DNA of 64,000 nt, taken from positions 55,862 through 119,861 of the forward strand of contig JAGVEX010000015.1 of NCBI GenBank assembly GCA_020057885.1, given 5' to 3'. Numbering within the stretch: the first letter of the stretch is position 1; each line of letters opens with the position of its first letter. A program made the translations under genes and the position numbers. Below are positions 29,175-38,559 of this stretch, in pieces. Below the pieces are notes generated by a model that saw nothing but the letters and a program-made list of their open reading frames with translations, did not search any database and had not been told where the DNA came from. Origin of the DNA: a bacterium. Its GTDB lineage: Bacteria; Patescibacteriota; Patescibacteriia; Veblenbacterales; UBA10138.

Positions 29175-31016
29175 TTATTTACCAACTACTGCTTTAAGGC
29201 GTCTAATACCGGCCGCTACTGCTTCCTCTTTGATAATTTTAAAACTGCCAATTTGTCCAGTATGTTCCACGTGCGGCCCGCCGCAAATTTCCGCTGAGTA
29301 AGCTTGCCCTGAATCAACTGAAGGGTCGCCTACGAAATAAACTTTTACCTGATTGCCTAACTTGACGTATTTATCTTCAAACAAACCAATGGCGCCTTTT
29401 TGTTTGGCCTCATCTACCGACAACATTTCAAAATGCACTGGCACATCAGCTTTAATTTTTTCATTCACAATTTTTTCCACTTGAGCTATTTCTTCGGCTG
29501 TCATTTTGGCGGGATGAGAAAAATCAAACCGCAAACGTTCGGCATTTATGTTGCTCCCCTTTTGCGCCACATGTTCGCCTAACACCTGCCGCAGGGCCTG
29601 ATGCAAGAGATGGGTAGCGGTATGATACTTAACCACTATTTCAGAATTATCAGCTAATCCCCCTTTAAACATCCCAACAGATGCTGTTTGTGAAGATTTT
29701 TGGTGTTTTTTTAACTCATTAGAATACTCTGAAGCTATTTCTTCTTTTCTATTTATTAAACTAAGGTTTGGTGTTTTAAAAGTCTGACATAAACGATCCC
29801 ATTCCTCAAAAATAAGCTGAAAACGCAAACCGTGGGTTTGATATAAATTAAAAAAATCTTTACCACCTACAAGCTTAATTTCACCAAGTGTCCTATAAAA
29901 ATCATATAATCTCCTAACCTCTGGCAATCCTTCAGTGATGGCTTTGTTATATTTTTTTTCTTCAATAATTAACTCATCAATTATAAAATCACTGTTTTTT
30001 TGTAATTCTGAATAAATATTTTTAAAAATAGATATAATAATTTCAGCCACCGGAACAACTAAACCATCTTTTACACCAATTAATTTACCACGTTCGATGG
30101 TTTCACGAATCAAACGCCTGACCACATAACCCTGCCCCACATTTGATGGTGAAATACCGTGTGAATCTCCCATGATAAATACCGCCGCTTTAATATGATC
30201 AGCAATAATTCGAATAGCTTTCTCATTCGGTTTAACAGCTAACTCTTTAATCTTGGAAATTATTGGTTCAAATTCCTGAATAGCAAATACATTATCATAA
30301 CCATTTAAAACAGCCAAAGTACGCTCTAAGCCCATCCCTGTATCCACATTCCTTTGTTTTAGTGGTTCAAATTTGCCATCAGCTGTCTTGCTATACTGCA
30401 TAAATACATCATTCCAAATTTCCACCCAACGCTTATCTTTTGGATCAAAAACTTTAGGCGCAGGTTCCTCGCCCACCCAATAAAACATTTCCGTATCCGG
30501 ACCACACGGGCCTGTTAACCCAGCTGGACCCCACCAGTTATCATCCCTGCCCAAAAAAACTATCCGTTCTTTTTGTATACCTTGCTCCTGCCACAACTTA
30601 GCTGACTCATTATCTTGCTCAATATTATTTTTTTCTTCACCCTCAAAACAAGTCACGGCCAATTTTTCTATTGGTAGACCCAACTCTTTAGTTAAAAATT
30701 CAAAACTCCAACTAATTGCTTCCTTTTTCCAGTAGTCACCGAGCGACCAATTACCAAGCATCTCAAAAAAAGTTAAATGCACATCATCGCCAACTTCATC
30801 TATATCCCCTGTCCTAATACATTTTTGGCAAGAAGTTAAACGCTTACCACAAGGATGCTCTTCCCCTAAAAGACAAGGCACCAATGGATGCATACCAGCG
30901 GTGGTAAATAAAACCGTTGGATCGTTTTCGGGAATCAAAGAAGCAGAAGGAATTATCGTATGTCCTTTAGCTCTAAAAAAATCTAAATATTTTTGCCGTA
31001 GTTCTTGAGACGTCAT
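29175..31016 (-). CDS. alaS: Alanine--tRNA ligase, short form lacking the C-Ala domain
   Basis: FTTAGM, FFEMLGN, DTGMGLER, HTATH, CGGPH; start MTSQELR. Confidence 0.96.
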   Translation of the reverse strand: MTSQELRQKYLDFFRAKGHTIIPSASLIPENDPTVLFTTAGMHPLVPCLLGEEHPCGKRLTSCQKCIRTGDIDEVGDDVHLTFFEMLGNWSLGDYWKKEAISWSFEFLTKELGLPIEKLAVTCFEGEEKNNIEQDNESAKLWQEQGIQKERIVFLGRDDNWWGPAGLTGPCGPDTEMFYWVGEEPAPKVFDPKDKRWVEIWNDVFMQYSKTADGKFEPLKQRNVDTGMGLERTLAVLNGYDNVFAIQEFEPIISKIKELAVKPNEKAIRIIADHIKAAVFIMGDSHGISPSNVGQGYVVRRLIRETIERGKLIGVKDGLVVPVAEIIISIFKNIYSELQKNSDFIIDELIIEEKKYNKAITEGLPEVRRLYDFYRTLGEIKLVGGKDFFNLYQTHGLRFQLIFEEWDRLCQTFKTPNLSLINRKEEIASEYSNELKKHQKSSQTASVGMFKGGLADNSEIVVKYHTATHLLHQALRQVLGEHVAQKGSNINAERLRFDFSHPAKMTAEEIAQVEKIVNEKIKADVPVHFEMLSVDEAKQKGAIGLFEDKYVKLGNQVKVYFVGDPSVDSGQAYSAEICGGPHVEHTGQIGSFKIIKEEAVAAGIRRLKAVVGK

Positions 31017-31029
31017 AATCAAACTAATT

Positions 31030-32151
31030 TTACCAAATAAACCCCTTTTTTTCAACTTTTTCAATAACTGCGCTACCAACTACTTCTAAATTATTTTTTA
31101 CCTTGCGGTAAAATACGGCTGACTGACCGGGGGTAATAGCCCGCTGTGGTTTAATAAACTTAACACGCAGTCCTGTACTAATTTTACTAACTTGAGCTTT
31201 AAAAACCGGATGGCGATAGCGGTGCCTAACCAAAAAAGTAGCCGGCAATTTAGGCGCCGTTTCTGCTACCCAATGAACTTTTTCAGCTATAAATTTGCTA
31301 GCTAGTAAATATTTCTGCTCAACTAATTTACCAACAATTAAAGTATTAGCTTTCCATTTCCGCCCAATAACATACCACGGCCCGCCAGCTAATCCCATAC
31401 CGTGCCTTTGGCCAATAGTATAAAAAGCTAAACCAATGTGTTTGCCCAAAACGCGGCCTTTGGTATCCACAATCGGTCCGGGCTTTTCCTGCAGTCTAGT
31501 ACGCAAAAAATCTTCTACTTTAACTTCGCCAATAAAACAAATGCCAACGCTATCGGGCTTGGCTGCCACTGGCAATTTAAGTTTCTTAGCCAATTGGCGT
31601 ACTTCAACTTTAGTCATTCCGCCTACTGGAAATAAAATATGTTTTAATTGATGCTGAGTTAAAGTGCAAAGAAAATAAGATTGATCTTTTTCTTTATCAA
31701 TACCATTTAATAAATGAAATTGCCATTTGCGATTTGCCATTTGCGATTTGCCAACTTTCGCGTAGTGTCCTGTGGCAATAAAATCCGCACCTGACTCCAG
31801 TGCTCTTTTTAAAAACAAAGGGATCTTTACAAATTGATTACAGCGAATATCCGGGTTAGGTGTACGACCACGCGCGTATTCCTTAAAAAAATAATCTATC
31901 ACATCGCGTCGATACTCTTTTTCAAAATCCCAAACCTCAAAAGGTATTTTTAATTTTTGCGCAACTTTTTTAGCATCATCACGCTCGCGAGTCCACTGGC
32001 ACTCCCCTGCTAAATTAAGATGCGTGCCTGTCCAATTTTTCATAAATACAGCATGCACATCGTAACCCTGCTTTTTTAAAAGGTATGCTGAAACAGCGGA
32101 ATCAACTCCACCGGATAAACCGATAAAAACTTTAACCTTACTCTGGCCCAT
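31030..32151 (-). CDS. mnmA: tRNA 2-thiouridylase
   Basis: SGGVDS, TPNPDI.CN, ATGHY, KDQSYFL, TPGQ. Confidence 0.97.
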   Translation of the reverse strand: MGQSKVKVFIGLSGGVDSAVSAYLLKKQGYDVHAVFMKNWTGTHLNLAGECQWTRERDDAKKVAQKLKIPFEVWDFEKEYRRDVIDYFFKEYARGRTPNPDIRCNQFVKIPLFLKRALESGADFIATGHYAKVGKSQMANRKWQFHLLNGIDKEKDQSYFLCTLTQHQLKHILFPVGGMTKVEVRQLAKKLKLPVAAKPDSVGICFIGEVKVEDFLRTRLQEKPGPIVDTKGRVLGKHIGLAFYTIGQRHGMGLAGGPWYVIGRKWKANTLIVGKLVEQKYLLASKFIAEKVHWVAETAPKLPATFLVRHRYRHPVFKAQVSKISTGLRVKFIKPQRAITPGQSAVFYRKVKNNLEVVGSAVIEKVEKKGFIW

Positions 32152-32211
32152 AATTTTCAAACAAAAAAGTGAGTAAAATTACCCACCTTTTATTGTATCA
32201 TAAACGCGTGA

Positions 32212-33153
32212 TTATTCCGTAACTAACTCGGCTAGCACAACATATCGCTTAAGCGCCGTACCAATAGGCCAGGAGGTCTGCAAGGTCAACAAACGGCTCT
32301 TGTAGTCATTTTGGCCCAAATAATGCGTGTCAGAAGCGGCTACCACCTTACTCTCGGTGACTTTATAAGTGTAAACCTTGCCATTATGATCGCTTAACAA
32401 AATTTCAGCGCCAATTTTTATTTTAGGTAATACAGCAAACACAGTTCTATACTTCCCATTGCTCCACCAATAATCACTGGAATGCCCAAAAATATACACG
32501 TTGCCATACTCACCAGGATTTACTGTACCTGGATAATGAACCACGCCGTTTTTCAAACCTGCCTGAAAAGAATCCTCGTTGGCCTGCTCAACATAAATTA
32601 CCGGCACTAATAAATTAAGACTAGAAATAGAAAGTGTGTCAGCGGACAAGCTTTCTGCTGGTTTAGTTTGAGACTTAGGTGAAACTAAGGTGGCAATAAA
32701 ATTATTAGCGTTGCTTAAATTAGGTACCAAATATCGGTGATAATCAACTGGATTAACATACCAAAGCTCGCCAAGATTTTGCACTTGAATAAATAATTTA
32801 CCACTCTGTTTTTTAGCAAAGCTAAGATTAAGTTTTGTACGAGCAGTAGAAGATGAATAGTCAATCTCCAAGCCGCCCATAGGAATACGAGCTAGATCAG
32901 CATTAGTAATTCCAATCGGTTTTAAATTTGCCGGCAAACTTAAAACTTTCTTTATAGAAGAAGCGTTATTAGAACTCTGATTTTGTTGATTATCGCTTTG
33001 TGCTTGGGTAGCGGTTGGTTGCAATTGAGACACTATTATCGGCTCAGTTGAGTATCTCAAATTAGCCCAAATATACTGGGCGTTAAATGCCACTAATGCA
33101 ACCACACTCAAAATTAAGGCCCAACCAATTGTCCGCCAAGGATTTGTATTCAT
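32212..33153 (-). CDS. Sortase-family protein, catalytic Cys position is Ser
   Basis: N-terminal TM, GVVHYPGT..PG, GHSS, LTLQTSWP, KRY. Confidence 0.88.
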   Translation of the reverse strand: MNTNPWRTIGWALILSVVALVAFNAQYIWANLRYSTEPIIVSQLQPTATQAQSDNQQNQSSNNASSIKKVLSLPANLKPIGITNADLARIPMGGLEIDYSSSTARTKLNLSFAKKQSGKLFIQVQNLGELWYVNPVDYHRYLVPNLSNANNFIATLVSPKSQTKPAESLSADTLSISSLNLLVPVIYVEQANEDSFQAGLKNGVVHYPGTVNPGEYGNVYIFGHSSDYWWSNGKYRTVFAVLPKIKIGAEILLSDHNGKVYTYKVTESKVVAASDTHYLGQNDYKSRLLTLQTSWPIGTALKRYVVLAELVTE

Positions 33154-33158
33154 ATTAA

Positions 33159-35885
33159 TTAATTGCTAACCCAATCTTTACCAACTTCCTTAAAACCAAT
33201 GACAAATAAAGCCAAAACCGGCAAAGCTAATAATATCGCCATAGGAAAACCTGTACGGGGAAGCTCTGTTGTAACACCAAGAACTTTTGGTACAGGTGGT
33301 GTTGTGATCGTCACACTCGCACTTTTTATTGTAGAGCAACCAACGCCACCGTTAAATTTAGCATAAACTGTTTTAATTCCATCACCTGATAATAATATCC
33401 AACTATGTGTTGGGGCTGGTGTTTCATAACTAGAGCCACTAAGATTAGCATTATTACTCAAAGCTATACCAGTTATGGTACTAGGATAAGTAAGATTTAA
33501 TGTTACGTTTGTTCCTGTAACAACAGGCCCTTCTACAATAGAAAAAACAAAATTGGCTGGATTAAAACCAGTACAAAAATCTCCACCACCTCCGCCGCCG
33601 CCTCCACCTCCCCCACCTTGGTCATCGTTAATCACTACACAAGTTTTTGTTTCACCAGCGGCAATAGTACCAGAACAATCGGAACCTAAACTCTTGCTAT
33701 AACCGAGTGATGAAACTTCATCAACACTATAACTGCCAGCATCCAAAGTAACAGTAGTACCTGCTTCGTCACCAGCGAATGAAGCGCTGGAGACGTTAGT
33801 ACCAGTTACGTTCATAGTAAAGTCGGCAACTGTTTTAGTTTTACCATTATCATTAATCACGTGTTTTTTTACAATTAAAGTTGCAGAAGATGGGGGTGTT
33901 GGTACATCACTATTAGTAATGGTACAAGTTTTACTCTCACCAACTAACAAAGCTGTTACGCCAGTACTGTCGCAATCGCCACTAAAAACAGCATTATAAC
34001 CCGTAGGAGTGGTGTCTTCACTCACAGTGTAAGTTCCGGGCAATAAAGTGTAAGAAACGCCTGTTTCAGAACCTACTGCTGGAGAACCAGCCACTTCCAA
34101 AATACCTTGTTTTAAATGTAAATTAAAATCAGTTGAAGTCTTTGTGCCACCGTGAGTATTAATAACCAACTTAATCACTTTAATAATACCGTGACTGGGC
34201 GGTGGTGGAGCATCGTCATCATTCGTTATAGTACAGGTCTTAGTTTCACCAATCGCAATAGTACCAGCACAATCAGTACCTAAGGTTTTAGTATATCCAT
34301 CAACTGTAGTTTCATCTACGCTGTAACTGCCAGCATCCAAAGTAACAGTAGTACCTGCTTCGTCACCTGCAAATGAAGCACTGGAGACGTTGGTACCAGT
34401 TACGTTCATGGTAAAATCGGCAGCTGTTTTAGTTTTACCATTATCATTAATAACGTATTTTTTTACAATAAGTTGTGGTTGAATATCATCATTAGTTATG
34501 GTACAAGTTTTAGTTTCACCAATCGTAATAGTGCCAGTACATTCATCTGAAGTACTAGAAGTATAATCAGCTACTGCTGTTTCAGAAACTAAGTATGTGC
34601 CAGCATCTAGGGTAACAGTTGTACCGGTATCCGAACCCGCAAAACTAGCAGATGAAACATTAGTACCCATGATATTCATAGTAAAATCCGCAGGAACTTT
34701 TATTCCACCATTGTCATTTATCACTTGTTTTTTCACAATAAGCTGTGGTGGAATATCATCGTTAGTTATAGTACAAGTTTTAGTTTCAGAAACTGCTAAA
34801 ATAACTGTGCCGTCTGTTGCGCAATCACTGGTAATAGAAGTCTTGTTATAACCAACTGGCGCAGTATCTTCACTCACGGTGTAAGTTCCTGGTAATAAAG
34901 TGTAGGTAGTGCCAGTGGTAGACCCAACTATTGGCGAACTAGCAACATCCACACCGGTATCCATAACATGAAGCATAAAGTCAGCGGCTGTTTTAGTACC
35001 GCCGTTATCATTTACTACCTGTTTTTTTATAATTAACGTACCAGTAGTTGGCGGTGGTGGAGCATCATCATCGTTTGTCACGGTACAAGTTTTGGTTTCA
35101 CCAACTGCGATAGTGCCAGCGCAGTCTGTACCTAGAGCTTTGGTGTATCCATCAACTGCAGTTTCATCTACGCTGTAACTGCCAGCATCCAAAGTAACAG
35201 TAGTACCTGCTTCGTCACCAGCGAATGAAGCGCTGGATACGTTGGTGCCTGTTACATTCATAGTAAAATCGGCAGCTGTTTTAGTTTTACCATTATCATT
35301 AATCACGTGTTTTTGAACAATTAAAGTAGCTTTACAATCTTTTGTCACACTAGTGTGGGTGGTATTACTAGAAACCCAAACAGTAAAATTCCCATATTCC
35401 AATGATGTAGCACGAGCTATATTTGTAATATCAAACGTATCACAAGAACTTGGTGTATTTACTGCGGCTGTCCAAACAATTTGACCAGCTTGACCTGGTG
35501 TTAAAGTATGTGCGTTCCAGGTTAAAGTACGGCTACCACTTTGGTATAAAGGAATTGCATAATAAGCAGTTGATATATTGCTACTAGTAGTAGAGTTAAC
35601 AAAAGTTAAATTAACATCTACTACGTCCTGCACTTTAATACCACCGCCCGTACAATTGGCAGTACCAGTATTTTTTATATCTATAGTGTAAGTTAAAGTA
35701 TCACCCGGATTAGCTGTGGCCGAACTCACCTGCTTAGTAAGAGTGAGGATACATTGCCCCGTGGCATTAACAGATGTCGGCGCTATAGCAATGTTGGTAG
35801 ATACCAACCCTGTTATTAACAAAGTGGCAAAAATACCAATTGTCCACCACCGCCAAGGTAACTTTTTGAATTTAAATATAAACAT
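33159..35885 (-). CDS. LPxTG-anchored adhesin: DUF11-like domain plus about six SpaA/prealbumin-like repeats
   Basis: Repeats 'LIVKK.VINDNG...TCTITND'; C-terminal VLG..LPRTG + TM + charged tail. Confidence 0.85.
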   Translation of the reverse strand: MFIFKFKKLPWRWWTIGIFATLLITGLVSTNIAIAPTSVNATGQCILTLTKQVSSATANPGDTLTYTIDIKNTGTANCTGGGIKVQDVVDVNLTFVNSTTSSNISTAYYAIPLYQSGSRTLTWNAHTLTPGQAGQIVWTAAVNTPSSCDTFDITNIARATSLEYGNFTVWVSSNTTHTSVTKDCKATLIVQKHVINDNGKTKTAADFTMNVTGTNVSSASFAGDEAGTTVTLDAGSYSVDETAVDGYTKALGTDCAGTIAVGETKTCTVTNDDDAPPPPTTGTLIIKKQVVNDNGGTKTAADFMLHVMDTGVDVASSPIVGSTTGTTYTLLPGTYTVSEDTAPVGYNKTSITSDCATDGTVILAVSETKTCTITNDDIPPQLIVKKQVINDNGGIKVPADFTMNIMGTNVSSASFAGSDTGTTVTLDAGTYLVSETAVADYTSSTSDECTGTITIGETKTCTITNDDIQPQLIVKKYVINDNGKTKTAADFTMNVTGTNVSSASFAGDEAGTTVTLDAGSYSVDETTVDGYTKTLGTDCAGTIAIGETKTCTITNDDDAPPPPSHGIIKVIKLVINTHGGTKTSTDFNLHLKQGILEVAGSPAVGSETGVSYTLLPGTYTVSEDTTPTGYNAVFSGDCDSTGVTALLVGESKTCTITNSDVPTPPSSATLIVKKHVINDNGKTKTVADFTMNVTGTNVSSASFAGDEAGTTVTLDAGSYSVDEVSSLGYSKSLGSDCSGTIAAGETKTCVVINDDQGGGGGGGGGGGGDFCTGFNPANFVFSIVEGPVVTGTNVTLNLTYPSTITGIALSNNANLSGSSYETPAPTHSWILLSGDGIKTVYAKFNGGVGCSTIKSASVTITTPPVPKVLGVTTELPRTGFPMAILLALPVLALFVIGFKEVGKDWVSN

Positions 35886-36004
35886 AAAATGTGATTTAAA
35901 TTAAAAATGAGATCCTATTAATAATTAAGATCCCTACATTCTTAACATATATAGTAAAAATAATCAATAATTTATTTTCCACAACAACTATACTCACGAA
36001 ACGA

Positions 36005-36898
36005 CTATTTATTTAAAGCGGCTCTGGTGATTGGTCCTACAAAACCAGTTGCGGTAATACCATTTTTACGCTGATAAGCTTGTACGGCTCTAAAAATAGA
36101 CCAACTAAAATAGGTTGATATTTTCCCTTTATAAAAGCCTAAGATCGTTAAACGTTTTTGCAATTCTTTTACATCATTATCCCACATTCCTAGCCACATA
36201 TTATGTGTGAAAGAAAAATTAACCACACCAGAAACTATACCTGAAATTTTAGGTGGTTTATTATTACCGTTATTATTGTTGCTATTGTTGTTATTACTGC
36301 CGTTATTATTATTATTGTTATTTGAATTATCATTATTTGTTGTACCACCGCCGCCACCGCTTTGTGTTGTAATTAAACCAAGCAAGGGGGTACTGGCAGT
36401 AAACAATGTTCCTTCGCCTGAAACGCCGACTTGAATATCAAATCCTACGCTGCCATTTTGATAATTATTATTTGCTGAATTATTAAATGTTACTGCAAAA
36501 TTATATTGCGTTTGTACGCCGCTTGCTATTTCCGAAAGATTTGTTACGTCATTGTCATACAAACTTCCTAAGGTGCCTATGTAAAGAGTTGCAGTATTTT
36601 GAGTGATAACAACATTCAACTGCGAAGCTAAATTATCATTATCAATAAACGAATTTAACTTTACACCAATAAGTTTTGGGGTTGAGGTATTGTTTGTTAC
36701 CTTAACATAACGAGTTACTGTATTGCCGGGCAAAAAATTTACTTCGCTAAACAGTGGTTTATATTCAAATTCAATTAAAATATTGGGTGCAACAGGTGTA
36801 GCTAAAGCTGAATGTGGCCAAACAAAAAATAATGAAAAAGCGCCAAGTATAACTAAGCTTAATTTTATAATATTAAATTTCTCAAAAAAACTATTCAT
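36005..36898 (-). CDS. Secreted TasA-like domain protein with poly-Asn linker and C-terminal peptidoglycan-binding domain
   Basis: NFLPG..V.N and NNYQN core; DVKELQKRL...AYQ...TGFVGPITRAALN. Confidence 0.75.
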   Translation of the reverse strand: MNSFFEKFNIIKLSLVILGAFSLFFVWPHSALATPVAPNILIEFEYKPLFSEVNFLPGNTVTRYVKVTNNTSTPKLIGVKLNSFIDNDNLASQLNVVITQNTATLYIGTLGSLYDNDVTNLSEIASGVQTQYNFAVTFNNSANNNYQNGSVGFDIQVGVSGEGTLFTASTPLLGLITTQSGGGGGTTNNDNSNNNNNNNGSNNNNSNNNNGNNKPPKISGIVSGVVNFSFTHNMWLGMWDNDVKELQKRLTILGFYKGKISTYFSWSIFRAVQAYQRKNGITATGFVGPITRAALNK

Positions 36899-36906
36899 AA
36901 ATATTA

Positions 36907-37974
36907 TTAATTAATTGGCGCGGTGCCATCATTGGGTGTTAAAGGGACCAAGGTTGGTTCTGGTAAAATTGGGTCCTCTACTGGTGCTAAGGGATCAATT
37001 GGAGGAATTAATTCATCAGTTGGTGTAATTAGAGAAGTCGTTTCAATTACTGGATCGCTCGGAATTATAGGCTCGTTAACTAATACATCGGTGGATAAAA
37101 TTTCAATTACCGCATCTGGGTCAAGACTTTCTTGGGTGCCTAATACTTTTGGATTAATTACAGTGCCATCATCAATAATACTTGAACTGCGTGGTAGGCA
37201 CCAAGTACCAGCCGTAACAGTACCGCTTATTTGCGCGGTATCGGTAAAGTAGCCAACGCCATAACTCGGGGCTTCCAACTGCCAAGCTTTAAACAAAATA
37301 TTAAAATTACAAGCCTTGCCACGCAAACTCTCATTATTACTGGTAAGCTTTAAAGCAAAAGTCCAATCTTCTGGTGTGCTAAACTCAAAAGCCCCACTGC
37401 TAAATCCTACCAAAGAACCTGTATATACGGTGTTACCTTTTAGCATAGCTGTTAGTTCTAAAGCTACACATAAGTCTCCACTTACAACATCAGACTCAGT
37501 TGAATATTTAAAATTAATCGCGCCGGTTTGTGTTAATAATACTGGCAAGGCAGTGGTTTCATTGGGCTTAATAGCCAAATTACTGCCTGCTGGCTGATAC
37601 TCCCCTGCCACGGCATTCAAACTTAATGAAATGGTAGATAAATTATTATCTATTGACTCTTCGGTATCGCTAAAATAAGAACTAGTGCCAATTATTCCTG
37701 TTAATTCAGTTGCTAATAAGGCGATTATGGCCACTAGCGTGCCACCCTTCAAAACAAACCTTCTTAATAATATTCTATTTGCTTTACGGCGTTGTAATTT
37801 GTGTAAAATTATTTTGTAACCTCTATACACCCTGCGCTCAGACCGATACATAGCCAAAACCAATTTGCGCCCGCGTTTAAAATACAAAGCCACCGCTTTG
37901 TGTGCACGTCGAACATAGCGTTGTAACACTCTGCTTATTTTTCGCACTCGGCGTTGTAATTTTAGCTGACGCAT
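36907..37974 (-). CDS. SipW-signal (TasA/TapA-like) protein
   Basis: GTSSYFSDTEES..N motif after a hydrophobic stretch; Pro/acidic tail. Confidence 0.7.
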   Translation of the reverse strand: MRQLKLQRRVRKISRVLQRYVRRAHKAVALYFKRGRKLVLAMYRSERRVYRGYKIILHKLQRRKANRILLRRFVLKGGTLVAIIALLATELTGIIGTSSYFSDTEESIDNNLSTISLSLNAVAGEYQPAGSNLAIKPNETTALPVLLTQTGAINFKYSTESDVVSGDLCVALELTAMLKGNTVYTGSLVGFSSGAFEFSTPEDWTFALKLTSNNESLRGKACNFNILFKAWQLEAPSYGVGYFTDTAQISGTVTAGTWCLPRSSSIIDDGTVINPKVLGTQESLDPDAVIEILSTDVLVNEPIIPSDPVIETTSLITPTDELIPPIDPLAPVEDPILPEPTLVPLTPNDGTAPIN

Positions 37975-37983
37975 AAATTAAGC

Positions 37984-38559
37984 TTAAACTATCTTAGTTT
38001 CTGCTTTCTTTTTATTTCTTAGCTTAGCTATTTCCTGCCACACTTTTTTGCCTTCGTCGTACATAAGAATAAGTGCTGGCAAAATAACTAATACTGCAAA
38101 ACCAATCGGCTTTTTAGCCGCCGCCACACCATAACCAACGTAAGGCATACTGAATAGTGTTTTGCCAATTACATCGCGTCCGCGCACCTCACGCATATCT
38201 TGGTTATTATTGGCATCACCTTTGGTTAGATAAACTGGGCGACCAGAATCATTTTTTACTTCCACAATACGATGCGTAGTGGGCGGTTTAACTTTAGAAA
38301 ATGGTCCAAAAGTAATAATATCACCTACTTGATAACTACTAGCTGGTCTAACTACCACCACGCTGCCAGTTTTAATCGCCGGCTCCATGGAGCCCGATTG
38401 CACCACAAAAGCTTTAATTCCACCCGGTATGGGCAAAGCGGAAGAAATTAAGACCAACACAATAAACAGCGCTACGGCCAAAAACGCGTAGGAAAGTATT
38501 TTATAAATTGTATCAATAACTTTTTTCATAAATAAACTATTTTTTATTATGGCGCGCAA
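37984..38559 (-). CDS. sipW: Signal peptidase I, SipW/ER-type
   Basis: VQSGSMEP, THRI, TKGDANN..D, PYVG: Ser-His type. Confidence 0.92.
   Translation of the reverse strand: MRAIIKNSLFMKKVIDTIYKILSYAFLAVALFIVLVLISSALPIPGGIKAFVVQSGSMEPAIKTGSVVVVRPASSYQVGDIITFGPFSKVKPPTTHRIVEVKNDSGRPVYLTKGDANNNQDMREVRGRDVIGKTLFSMPYVGYGVAAAKKPIGFAVLVILPALILMYDEGKKVWQEIAKLRNKKKAETKIV

Noticed and set aside
33620-35330. CRISPR array or second DGR in the adhesin repeats
   Set aside because: Units are about 270-bp coding domain repeats with mixed, mostly synonymous differences; no spacers, cas genes or adenine specificity.
36261-36360. AAT/AAC-rich tract as a DGR template
   Set aside because: It is a poly-Asn linker inside a CDS with no partner repeat in the window.
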